Source: an uncultured archaeon
GTDB lineage: Archaea; Aenigmatarchaeota; Aenigmatarchaeia; CG10238-14
NCBI GenBank assembly: GCA_964392445.1
Contig: CAYMPD010000005.1
Coordinates: 1 to 29,747 of the forward strand
Direction of reading: 5' to 3'
Length of the DNA stretch: 29,747 nucleotides
Made by a program: the position numbers and the translations under genes. Below the pieces are notes generated by a model. The model did no database searches, was not told where the DNA came from, and was given only the letters and a program-made list of their open reading frames with translations. This document shows, one piece after another, positions 8,232-16,438 of the stretch. Position 1 is the stretch's first letter. Each line of letters starts with the position of its first letter.

Positions 8232-9774
8232 CTTTCCCGTACACCTTCAGATAAATTATATAGAAAACAAAAATAAAAGTCAATAAAAGCAAAGACAAAG
8301 AAGCCACATAAGGATAATTACCATAATGCATCAAAGTTTCAATCCTCATCGGTAATGTTTGAAAACCAGGAGGAGATATCATTTGAGTAACACCTATCTC
8401 TCCAAGACAAAAAATAAAAACAATTATAAAAGATGAAATAAAACCTGCTTTGGTCAAAGGAATAATTATTTTTTGGAGAGTTTTTAAAAATCCTGATCCA
8501 GATATTCTAGCTGATTCTTCTAAAGACGGCGAAACTTGTGGGAAAAACGCTGAAAAAGTAAATACAGAGAAAGGAAGAAATCTCAGAACATATCCAAACA
8601 CAATCATCAAAATAGTACCATAAACAGGAACAGGTAAATTGTTATAAAGATTTATCATAGCGATCCCTAGAACAGGTGAAGCAATAGAAAGTGGGAATGA
8701 TATTAATCCTGTGAGTAAAGGGTTTTCTCTTAGGAAATAATAAGTAAAAAATCCGAAGATGGTAATTATAAACGAACTTAAAACTCCTGACCAAAAAGAA
8801 TTGAAAATAGATTCCTTTGCAAAAACAATTGATTTAAAAATTGGTCCTGATTCAATTATCAACATAAAAATCGGAACCAATAAAGAAAATAAAACCAATA
8901 AAAAGATGAAAGAATATGAAAGAAATTTTTGGAATTTGGAAAGTTTAATAAAATCTTTTTTCTGACGGGAGAAAGTTGAGATAGTAACAAATGATTTTTT
9001 CTTGGAATAAAAGTAAAACAATCCAGAAACACCCAAGGCCAAAAGTATCAAAGGAAAAGAATAAACTGTGGCTCTTCGGAGATTGTAGAAAGCGGCTAGT
9101 TGTGCAAATATCTCATCCGAGTAAGTGTTGACTCTTAAGAATGACGGGACAGTATATTCAGAAATTGATAAAACAAAGACAAAAAAACAGGCTATCAGAA
9201 TATGTGGTTTAACTAATGGCATTACAATTTTTCTCAATGTTCTTTTATTCTTTGAAAGTCTTGCAGCGTCAATTAAATTTCTGTCCAGATTTTTAAGACC
9301 TAGAGATATCACAAACATTGAAATTGGAAAGAATGAAAGTGATAGAAAAATAACTAAAGTTACGGGGTTATAAATATCGATCGGTAAATTAGGGAAGACT
9401 AAACTAGAATAAGTTCCCCTTTTACCAAGAAATGCTAACCACGAAAAAGTGGAAAGGTAAGTGGGTATTAGAAAAGGTGTGAAAAGAAGGAACCTGAATA
9501 TTTTTTTGTGAAGTATATCTGAAAATTCCAATAAAACGGCGAGTATTAATCCAATCATTCCACAAAGTAAAGAAGTGAAAAAACCTATTAATAATGTTCT
9601 GAAGAAAATCTGGATTACTCTTTGATCAAACGAAAAAATTATGAAATCCAGAAATGATGATGGATCTGTAAGCCTGAAATTCGGTAAAAATGTTGAAAGG
9701 AATAAATTCAAAATAGGTAAAAAGATTAGAAATAATAAAAGAGAATAAACCAAATACTTGATTAGTTCCCGCAT
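8224..9774 (-). CDS. ABC importer permease with two fused TM modules (FbpB/ThiP-like)
   Basis: 516 aa, about 12 TM segments, two EAA-like loops (LIDAARLS, LEESARISG). Confidence 0.9.
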   Translation of the reverse strand: MRELIKYLVYSLLLFLIFLPILNLFLSTFLPNFRLTDPSSFLDFIIFSFDQRVIQIFFRTLLIGFFTSLLCGMIGLILAVLLEFSDILHKKIFRFLLFTPFLIPTYLSTFSWLAFLGKRGTYSSLVFPNLPIDIYNPVTLVIFLSLSFFPISMFVISLGLKNLDRNLIDAARLSKNKRTLRKIVMPLVKPHILIACFFVFVLSISEYTVPSFLRVNTYSDEIFAQLAAFYNLRRATVYSFPLILLALGVSGLFYFYSKKKSFVTISTFSRQKKDFIKLSKFQKFLSYSFIFLLVLFSLLVPIFMLIIESGPIFKSIVFAKESIFNSFWSGVLSSFIITIFGFFTYYFLRENPLLTGLISFPLSIASPVLGIAMINLYNNLPVPVYGTILMIVFGYVLRFLPFSVFTFSAFFPQVSPSLEESARISGSGFLKTLQKIIIPLTKAGFISSFIIVFIFCLGEIGVTQMISPPGFQTLPMRIETLMHYGNYPYVASLSLLLLTFIFVFYIIYLKVYGKDD

Positions 9775-9814
9775 TTTATCAAAGTTAATTTAATTCTTTA
9801 CCAATAAAAGGTTG

Positions 9815-10852
9815 TTATCTCAAAAATACATTCTGTGCGAACTCATTCGATGTTTCAACCTTTTCATACATTTCCTCATAAGTCACATCCATTGGTTTAA
9901 TCTCATCTGCTCTTGGTATATCTTCCGCTACAGAACTACTTTCCTTCAAAGGCATTTGTAAAGCCATTTCTGCTAATCTTTCCTCTAATTCTGGAGTTAA
10001 AATGTAATCAATCATTTCTTTAGCCTCCTCGGGATGAGGTGCACCATTGATCATCATAACTGTGTTCGGGAAAACCAAATTTCCAATTTCATCTTCTCCC
10101 TGATCTGGGAATATCATCTCAACCGGTTTACCTTCTCTTATAGCATCATATGCATCATCCGTATCTGTAAGTCCAAAGTAACATTCACCAGCAACCACTT
10201 GATCCCTTACCATAGAATTACTTTCAACTATCTGAACATCATTTTCTTTCAAATCCATAAAGTACTGCTCAGCTTCTTCATTGCCTAATAAAGCAAACAA
10301 TGCCGCAGCATGAGTGGATGTGGCTCCCAAAGTCGGTTTAGCTATACATATTTTACCTTTCCATTGGGGATCAGTTAAATCGTATATTGAGTCGGGTACT
10401 TCATCCATCATATCTGTATTGTAAATTATTACTCTCGCCCTTGCACCAAATCCAGTCCAATAACAATTCTCGTCTTTGTGTGCAGATGGAATATCCTCAG
10501 CATTAGGGGAACAATAAGGCTGTAATATGTCTTCTTCTTTTAACATAATAGTTCTCATGGGTTCATTGTTCCAAAATACATCCGCTCTTGGATTACTCTT
10601 TTCTGCTATTAGTCTGTTAACCAAACCCACGGTTTTACTCGCTTCTGTATCATACAAAGCTTCTACTTTTATTCCAGTTTCTTTTTCAAAATCATTAAGT
10701 ATAGGTTCAGAATAATCTTGATCATGTGCAACATAAACTACTACCTTTCGTTGTGAAATTGTAGATTTTCCGTCAGAATTAAGTCTAACCAATGAAAAAA
10801 CAAACAAAACTATCACAGCAATAATAACCCAACCTATCAAATCCTTCTTCAT
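9815..10852 (-). CDS. ABC importer substrate-binding protein (FbpA/AfuA-like fold), N-terminally anchored
   Basis: N-terminal TM anchor, VVVYVAHD..YSEPIL..FEKETGIKV, AEKSNPRADVFW, DLTDPQWKGKI, APHPEEAKEMIDYIL. Substrate not established. Confidence 0.85.
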   Translation of the reverse strand: MKKDLIGWVIIAVIVLFVFSLVRLNSDGKSTISQRKVVVYVAHDQDYSEPILNDFEKETGIKVEALYDTEASKTVGLVNRLIAEKSNPRADVFWNNEPMRTIMLKEEDILQPYCSPNAEDIPSAHKDENCYWTGFGARARVIIYNTDMMDEVPDSIYDLTDPQWKGKICIAKPTLGATSTHAAALFALLGNEEAEQYFMDLKENDVQIVESNSMVRDQVVAGECYFGLTDTDDAYDAIREGKPVEMIFPDQGEDEIGNLVFPNTVMMINGAPHPEEAKEMIDYILTPELEERLAEMALQMPLKESSSVAEDIPRADEIKPMDVTYEEMYEKVETSNEFAQNVFLR

Positions 10853-10920
10853 GTTTAATACCTAACTAATATTAGGGGACAAAATATAAATTAACATTTA
10901 ACAAATTCAGATGTGCTTAA
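10853..10920. promoter_or_regulatory. Divergent promoter between the ABC importer and the pilin locus
   Basis: 68-bp gap with central AAAATATAAATT about 30 nt from both starts, and a perfect palindrome CTAATATTAG at 10866-10875. Confidence 0.5.
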
Positions 10921-12345
10921 ATGAAAGTAGTAAGTTCAAAGGGACAATTAAATACCTTCAGCAAACAGTTGTTCATTGTAGCAGCTTCTATAGCTTTTAT
11001 TCTTCTCTTTATGTATATGCTTTCTTTTAAGCAAACCACTGTGAAAGAAAAGGAATCTTCCGACTTCAAAGAAAATTCCCTGAACCTGTTGCAAAAATTA
11101 ATAAACGATGAGAATTGTCTAGCATACCAATACAATCAAATATCCCATAAAACAGTTTTGGATAAGAATAAAATCGATATATTTAGTAAAGAATATCGAG
11201 AAGTAGAACCCGACTGTGCGAAGGCGTTAAATTTTGATTATAATGTGAAGATTGTTCAGCACGAGTACAGTTTCCATTTATATCCGGGAATTCCGATTAA
11301 GGAAAAAGTTAAGGGAGGGGTATTCAAAAAGATATTAAGATTGATTGACGGAAAAAGAATTGCTTTTATCTTGGACTCCTCTGGTAGCATGAGAGATTAT
11401 GGAGGGAAATGTGACTCCGATCCCAAATATCCTAATACAAAAATATGCTGTCTGAAGAAATTCATGTACAACTTCATAGATGAGATGAGTGATGAAAGCG
11501 TTATAACCGTGATACCTTATGGGACTACAAAAAATATATGTGATCCCCAGATTTTATTTCCCTTCACTAAGTTAGATAGTATTGAAACAAGAGAACAATT
11601 GAAGTTAAAAATTGAAACTATGTATCCCCAAAGCGGAACGCCTATGGGACCAGCTCTAGAAAATGGATTCATATATTCTCGGGATAACAATGGAGAAGTG
11701 ATAGTACTTTTGACAGATGGATGTGAAAATGTTTGCAACAGTGATACAAAATCCGTGGCTGAAAATTTTAAAGACTTGGGTATTGCCGTTCATACAATAG
11801 GATACGGAACAGCTATCTGCCCACCACCAATCAAGGAAACAGCAAAAGTTACCAATGGGACATACTCCGAGGTTGAATCTTGCGAAGAGCTCATATACCA
11901 ACCACCAGGAAACATTACCAATGTGAGCGTGTCTAGAGAGGAATGGATCTTCGGTTTAACTGATCTTTATAGCTCCTTCTCCCCTGAAAAATCTCGACAA
12001 GAAGAGTTGCAGATTTCTTTACCAGTAACGATAAGGTATAATGAGAGTTTTTCTGCGGAGGGAACTATCTTCATTTACTCTGTGAAGGGAGAATTAGAGG
12101 AATTATATAGTTTGCTTGAAGATACTTGTGAAAAAGCTCAGGAAGGCCAAGAAATAAAATTTTCTAAACAATTCCATTTTTCCTATCCAGTGAGATATTC
12201 GGGTGATGAAATTTGTATGATGGACTCCTGCAAAAAATTTGTCTGCCCCTATGATCTAGATTTTGAAAATATAGAAAATGAGGGCGATTATGTACTAGAA
12301 TTCTCCTTTGATAGTATGGATGAAAGAATAGTGGTGAGAAAGTAA
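10921..12345 (+). CDS. Pilin-like protein (class III leader SKG|QL) with inserted von Willebrand factor A domain
   Basis: KG-Q leader plus hydrophobic helix. vWA MIDAS elements FILDSSGSM, SGTPMG..L and VIVLLTDG. Flanks align with the 13638 gene. Confidence 0.85.
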   Translation: MKVVSSKGQLNTFSKQLFIVAASIAFILLFMYMLSFKQTTVKEKESSDFKENSLNLLQKLINDENCLAYQYNQISHKTVLDKNKIDIFSKEYREVEPDCAKALNFDYNVKIVQHEYSFHLYPGIPIKEKVKGGVFKKILRLIDGKRIAFILDSSGSMRDYGGKCDSDPKYPNTKICCLKKFMYNFIDEMSDESVITVIPYGTTKNICDPQILFPFTKLDSIETREQLKLKIETMYPQSGTPMGPALENGFIYSRDNNGEVIVLLTDGCENVCNSDTKSVAENFKDLGIAVHTIGYGTAICPPPIKETAKVTNGTYSEVESCEELIYQPPGNITNVSVSREEWIFGLTDLYSSFSPEKSRQEELQISLPVTIRYNESFSAEGTIFIYSVKGELEELYSLLEDTCEKAQEGQEIKFSKQFHFSYPVRYSGDEICMMDSCKKFVCPYDLDFENIENEGDYVLEFSFDSMDERIVVRK

Positions 12346-12420
12346 TATTGGATTCTAAAAAATTGAAACCCTTCAACAACTTCTATAACTTTATTACCCA
12401 AAAAATAAATATTATAACTT

Positions 12421-13629
12421 ATGAAAGGGCAATTGATTGCTTTCGTTTTCATTATTCTCGCTGTTGCTGGAGTTATAACTGGATATGTTTTTTACAATAT
12501 TTTTTACGGTAGCCAACACCAAACCCAGACTTTCAAAGTTCATACAATAGATGCTGTCAGAAATCTGATTGAAAGTTTTAAGAATTATCTTCATTTGTCT
12601 TTGACTTATTCTTCTAATCAAGCTTTAAGGGAGCATGCTCAATCTGGAGCTTTGATGCCCGCAGGTGACTGGATTTGTAATGGCCCCAATCCTGTGGAAG
12701 TAGAAGATTCTAGAGAATGTCTGGAAAAACATACTACTTATTATCTGAATGTTTATTCTGATCTATTTAACACATCATTACCTGTGAATTTTAACAAGGA
12801 CTACTTTTCTGGATGTGAATATGGGGTTGATGAAAGTGGTGTACTTGATGGAGAATATGATGAAGGTTATTTTTGGTCAAATTGCTCGGGAAGTAAAGTT
12901 TCTGTTTCTGATAAAAACATAAATGAGTACGAAGAAATAACTACGAACGATTATATAACCAAGAATAGATACTGGTATATGTTCAGAATATATGATGAAT
13001 GGGCTAGAGCTGATGTCTATTCTAAGTGTGTATGTGGGTGCTGTGTTGGTTGTGCTGGTTGTGACTGTACTTTAGATTGTGCGAGAAGAGCTTACGAAGA
13101 TCTGGTAAGTAGGTTTGATGATGATGTTATTTGTTATGAACCAGAGGATTGGGAATGTTGTGATCATGAATATGGTCCTATATCTTGTCAGCCTAGAAGT
13201 GAATGTTTAGACTGGGAAGATACAGATTGTAAATGTGCAGGTCATGATTGTACAGAACCTCCACCTCTAGAAACAGCTTCTTTTTCGAGTAATTCAAAAC
13301 TGGAGAATAATCTTTGGTATGTTATTAGAAAAAATGGAGAAGATACTTTATCAAATTCATCTATTTACTTGCAAAATCTAAACTGCAATTGTGATTACTG
13401 GGTGGAGAATAGACTAGCCGCTACCTATTTGTTTACATGTCAAGATCATAAATATTATGTACCTTCAGATGAAGGGCCGGTTCCCCTAACTTTCAATGCC
13501 CTTGCGACCGCTAAATGGAGATGTCCAGATACCTGCCATAATACAGCTACTTGTACCTGTCCTGGTGGGGCAGAAACTTGTGATGAATGTGAATGTCCGC
13601 CCTGCCCACAAAACCTATGTTATGGTTAA
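12421..13629 (+). CDS. Pilin-like protein (MKG|QL) with Cys-rich C-terminal half
   Basis: MKGQLIAFVFIILAVAGVITG. Cys clusters CVCGCCVGCAGCDCTLDC and a terminal 9-Cys segment. Confidence 0.78.
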   Translation: MKGQLIAFVFIILAVAGVITGYVFYNIFYGSQHQTQTFKVHTIDAVRNLIESFKNYLHLSLTYSSNQALREHAQSGALMPAGDWICNGPNPVEVEDSRECLEKHTTYYLNVYSDLFNTSLPVNFNKDYFSGCEYGVDESGVLDGEYDEGYFWSNCSGSKVSVSDKNINEYEEITTNDYITKNRYWYMFRIYDEWARADVYSKCVCGCCVGCAGCDCTLDCARRAYEDLVSRFDDDVICYEPEDWECCDHEYGPISCQPRSECLDWEDTDCKCAGHDCTEPPPLETASFSSNSKLENNLWYVIRKNGEDTLSNSSIYLQNLNCNCDYWVENRLAATYLFTCQDHKYYVPSDEGPVPLTFNALATAKWRCPDTCHNTATCTCPGGAETCDECECPPCPQNLCYG

Positions 13630-13637
13630 TCGTAGAG

Positions 13638-14855
13638 ATGAAAAATATGTATTCAAAAGCACAGACTAATTTTTTCACAAAATTAATTTTCATTGTAGCA
13701 GCTGCTGTAGCATTTTTTCTAGTTTTTATGTACTTTAATTCTTTCAGAAAAGAGACAATTGAAGAAAAGGAAAGTTCAGATTTCAAAATGGGAGCGATGA
13801 ATGTTTTACAAAAATTGATTACTGATGAGAGTTGTCTAGCATATGAATATAATCAAACCCAGCGTAAAATAATTATAGACAAAAATAAACTGGATGTGTT
13901 CTCATCAGAATTTGATGAAGTAGAGCCAAATTGTAGTAAAGCTTTAGGTTTTGATTATAATATACAAATAGGTCAATTTCCACATAATTTTTCTCTTTAT
14001 CCAGAGGAGATCATTATTAACACTGAACCAGAATATTCTACAGATTTTGCTCAACACCAATGTAAAGTCAACCAAAATGAGGTTTTATACATCAAAATGA
14101 ATTTTCTCCCTACTGAAGAGATATGCACGAGATACAGTGAATTGGATATAGTTACCGGTACTAGGACGCTAGGTCTTTGTCCTGATGAATGCTACCCAGA
14201 TCCACTAGTAAATTGTCCTTACCCAGATCATAAAATGTGTGGTATTCCTTATCATTGTCCCGCAGAAAAATGTGAATGCATAGAGAATCAATTAGGTGCT
14301 CATCCATGGATAGTTACTTGTGACGAGGTTGATTTAGAAACCGATTGTACTCCGGTTTCAGCTGCGCATACTTGGTGCGGTAAAGTCGTAAAAGAAATCG
14401 AAGTGCCATCAGGACCTGTGATAGATGTTGATATAATGTCTACTGTTTGGAATTTTGGGTTATCAACAGGTACTGGAGTGAATTCGTTCTCACCAGAAAA
14501 AGCAAGAATAGAAGAAGTTCAATTATCGATTCCTGTAACAATAAGATATAATGAAAGTTTTTCAACAGAAGGTATGATATTTATGTATGCTGTTAGAGGA
14601 GAACTTGAAAGTTTTTATAGTTTATTAGAGGATATCTGTGAAAAGACTGAAAATGAAATTGATGTTAGTTTTTCTAAAAATTTTCATTTCTCTTATCCTG
14701 TTAGTTATAGTGAACCCGATCTCTGTATGTTGGATTCCTGTAAAAAATTTGTTTGTTCCTACGATCTAGATTTTGAAAATATAGAAAGTGAGGGTGATTA
14801 CGTTTTGAAATTTTCGTTAGATCATTCAAATAAAGTAATTAGGGTGGAAAAATAA
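13638..14855 (+). CDS. Pilin-like protein (SKA|QT), paralogue of 10921 with a 12-Cys insert instead of vWA
   Basis: Start is more likely ATG 13638 or 13647 than 13593. N- and C-terminal blocks align with the 10921 gene (KESSDFK, CLAY.YNQ, VEP.C.KAL.FDYN, PVTIRYNESFS.EG, CKKFVC.YDLDFENIE.EGDYVL). Confidence 0.82.
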   Translation: MKNMYSKAQTNFFTKLIFIVAAAVAFFLVFMYFNSFRKETIEEKESSDFKMGAMNVLQKLITDESCLAYEYNQTQRKIIIDKNKLDVFSSEFDEVEPNCSKALGFDYNIQIGQFPHNFSLYPEEIIINTEPEYSTDFAQHQCKVNQNEVLYIKMNFLPTEEICTRYSELDIVTGTRTLGLCPDECYPDPLVNCPYPDHKMCGIPYHCPAEKCECIENQLGAHPWIVTCDEVDLETDCTPVSAAHTWCGKVVKEIEVPSGPVIDVDIMSTVWNFGLSTGTGVNSFSPEKARIEEVQLSIPVTIRYNESFSTEGMIFMYAVRGELESFYSLLEDICEKTENEIDVSFSKNFHFSYPVSYSEPDLCMLDSCKKFVCSYDLDFENIESEGDYVLKFSLDHSNKVIRVEK

Positions 14856-15643
14856 TGGGACGGAAATTTTTATTAATATTTATAATATTTTTTCTTATTT
14901 TATTATTAAGTTTAGTGTTTTTTTTATTAAAAAAAGACGGTACCGAAGTCTTAAAGCCATCCCTTAACAAAAGTTTATGTGATTTTATAATAAATGAGAA
15001 CTTGGGAAAGTCATGTCAAGCCTTGATTTCGAAGGAAGCTAATATCTGTGAAGATGTAGGTAAATACAATACGCTCTGTTTCGAATGGATTTTAGGGTCA
15101 ATAAAACTCTCGGAAGATTATTGTAATAGAATAAAGAATAACTACGGAAAAATTGTTTGTTTCAGAAATCTAGTCGTCCAAGAGAGAGATCTGGATCTAT
15201 GTATGGAAAATGATGACTGTTTCATTCAAAGATTAAAAATAGCATCTTTAACTTCAAATGAGGAAATATGTAATTTTTTCTCGGGGGACGACTTCTATAA
15301 AAATTTATGTCTTGCAGAAACTAGTAATAACAGGAATTATTGTAAAGAAATAAGTGATGATTTTATGAAAAAATCCTGTTTAAGTTATTTTCCTGAGGGT
15401 TTAACCGATTGTGAAGTGGAAAATACTAGGGAAAAATGCCTGTATGAATTGGCATTTCAGAAAAAAGATCCTAAAATTTGTGAATTGATAAAATCTCCTT
15501 CAGGGAGAATCGAATGTGTTCTAAATATTAAAAATGACTTGAATATCTGTATGGAAAAGACAAGTGATATGAAAGATATCTGTATTATTTATTATCTAAG
15601 AAATGAATTAAAAATAAAGTCTGGTAGATTTGATGAGATTTAA
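14855..15643 (+). CDS. Membrane-anchored protein of Cys-pair helical repeats
   Basis: N-terminal TM, then recurring C-x(~9-12)-C units (e.g. CLYELAFQKKDPKICELIKSPSGRIEC). Starts at a TAATG overlap. Confidence 0.7.
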   Translation: MGRKFLLIFIIFFLILLLSLVFFLLKKDGTEVLKPSLNKSLCDFIINENLGKSCQALISKEANICEDVGKYNTLCFEWILGSIKLSEDYCNRIKNNYGKIVCFRNLVVQERDLDLCMENDDCFIQRLKIASLTSNEEICNFFSGDDFYKNLCLAETSNNRNYCKEISDDFMKKSCLSYFPEGLTDCEVENTREKCLYELAFQKKDPKICELIKSPSGRIECVLNIKNDLNICMEKTSDMKDICIIYYLRNELKIKSGRFDEI

Positions 15644-16415
15644 ATACATTATTCTCTTAGTCGTGTTCATAATATCAATAGTATATCTTTCATTTAATAG
15701 TATGAAATCTGAAGTTCCCTCAAATAGTGGTCTATGTAATGATATATCATCAGATAGGCTTAAAATGGTATGCTATGCAATGCTATTGAAAAATTATAGT
15801 TACTGTAAATTATCTTTAGATTTTACTCCTTACTGTTATGATACTGTTTTCCCTCTACTGGATGTTAGTAGAGAAATGTGCAACAAACTTGAAGATGAAG
15901 ATGCTAGATTGTCATGTTACACTAATTTAGCTGTTAAAGAAAGAAATGCGACTATATGCGAATACCTAAAAGGACCAAATCTCGCTGATATTTGCTATAT
16001 TAGAATTTTCGATTATGTTGATCAAATAGATAATATTGAGCTTTGTCAAAATATACCCCATCAGAGTACAAAGTTTGCATGTATGGCCAGTATAACTGGA
16101 GAAATAGGGTATTGTGACAACATAACAATCGAGATATTTGAAAAGGGTTATTGTCTAGCAACTATAACCCATGATGTAAATGATTGTTTTACAGGACAAG
16201 AATTAGGTGGTGCATTGTCACGTGTAACTTTCTCTTCATGTATTAGAAATGTAGCGATAAATACCGGCAATATTACTATGTGTGAAATGGTAGGTATATT
16301 GGAAGATAAGTGGAAATGCAGAATGGCTCTATCTGACTCTCAAGATATCTGTGAAGACGTACCAAGTCCCTACGACGATCTATGCAAATTAGAATACATA
16401 AAAAATAATATTTAA
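15633..16415 (+). CDS. Membrane-anchored protein of Cys-pair helical repeats (same repeat type as preceding gene)
   Basis: N-terminal TM, then repeats such as CYTNLAVKERNATICEYLKGPNLADIC. Overlaps the upstream stop. Confidence 0.7.
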   Translation: MRFKYIILLVVFIISIVYLSFNSMKSEVPSNSGLCNDISSDRLKMVCYAMLLKNYSYCKLSLDFTPYCYDTVFPLLDVSREMCNKLEDEDARLSCYTNLAVKERNATICEYLKGPNLADICYIRIFDYVDQIDNIELCQNIPHQSTKFACMASITGEIGYCDNITIEIFEKGYCLATITHDVNDCFTGQELGGALSRVTFSSCIRNVAINTGNITMCEMVGILEDKWKCRMALSDSQDICEDVPSPYDDLCKLEYIKNNI

Positions 16416-16438
16416 TGTAAAAATCACAATTCTATATC

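Noticed and set aside
13593-13637. ORF-track start for the third pilin gene
   Set aside because: It overlaps the previous gene by 37 bp and adds an atypical extension. ATG 13638/13647 gives a normal short class III leader matching the paralogue.
12221-14803. About 73-nt near-identical pair (12221-12293 and 14731-14803) as a possible DGR template/variable repeat
   Set aside because: The nine mismatches are mostly synonymous C/T changes rather than adenine-specific, both copies lie in paralogous coding regions, and no reverse transcriptase is in the window.
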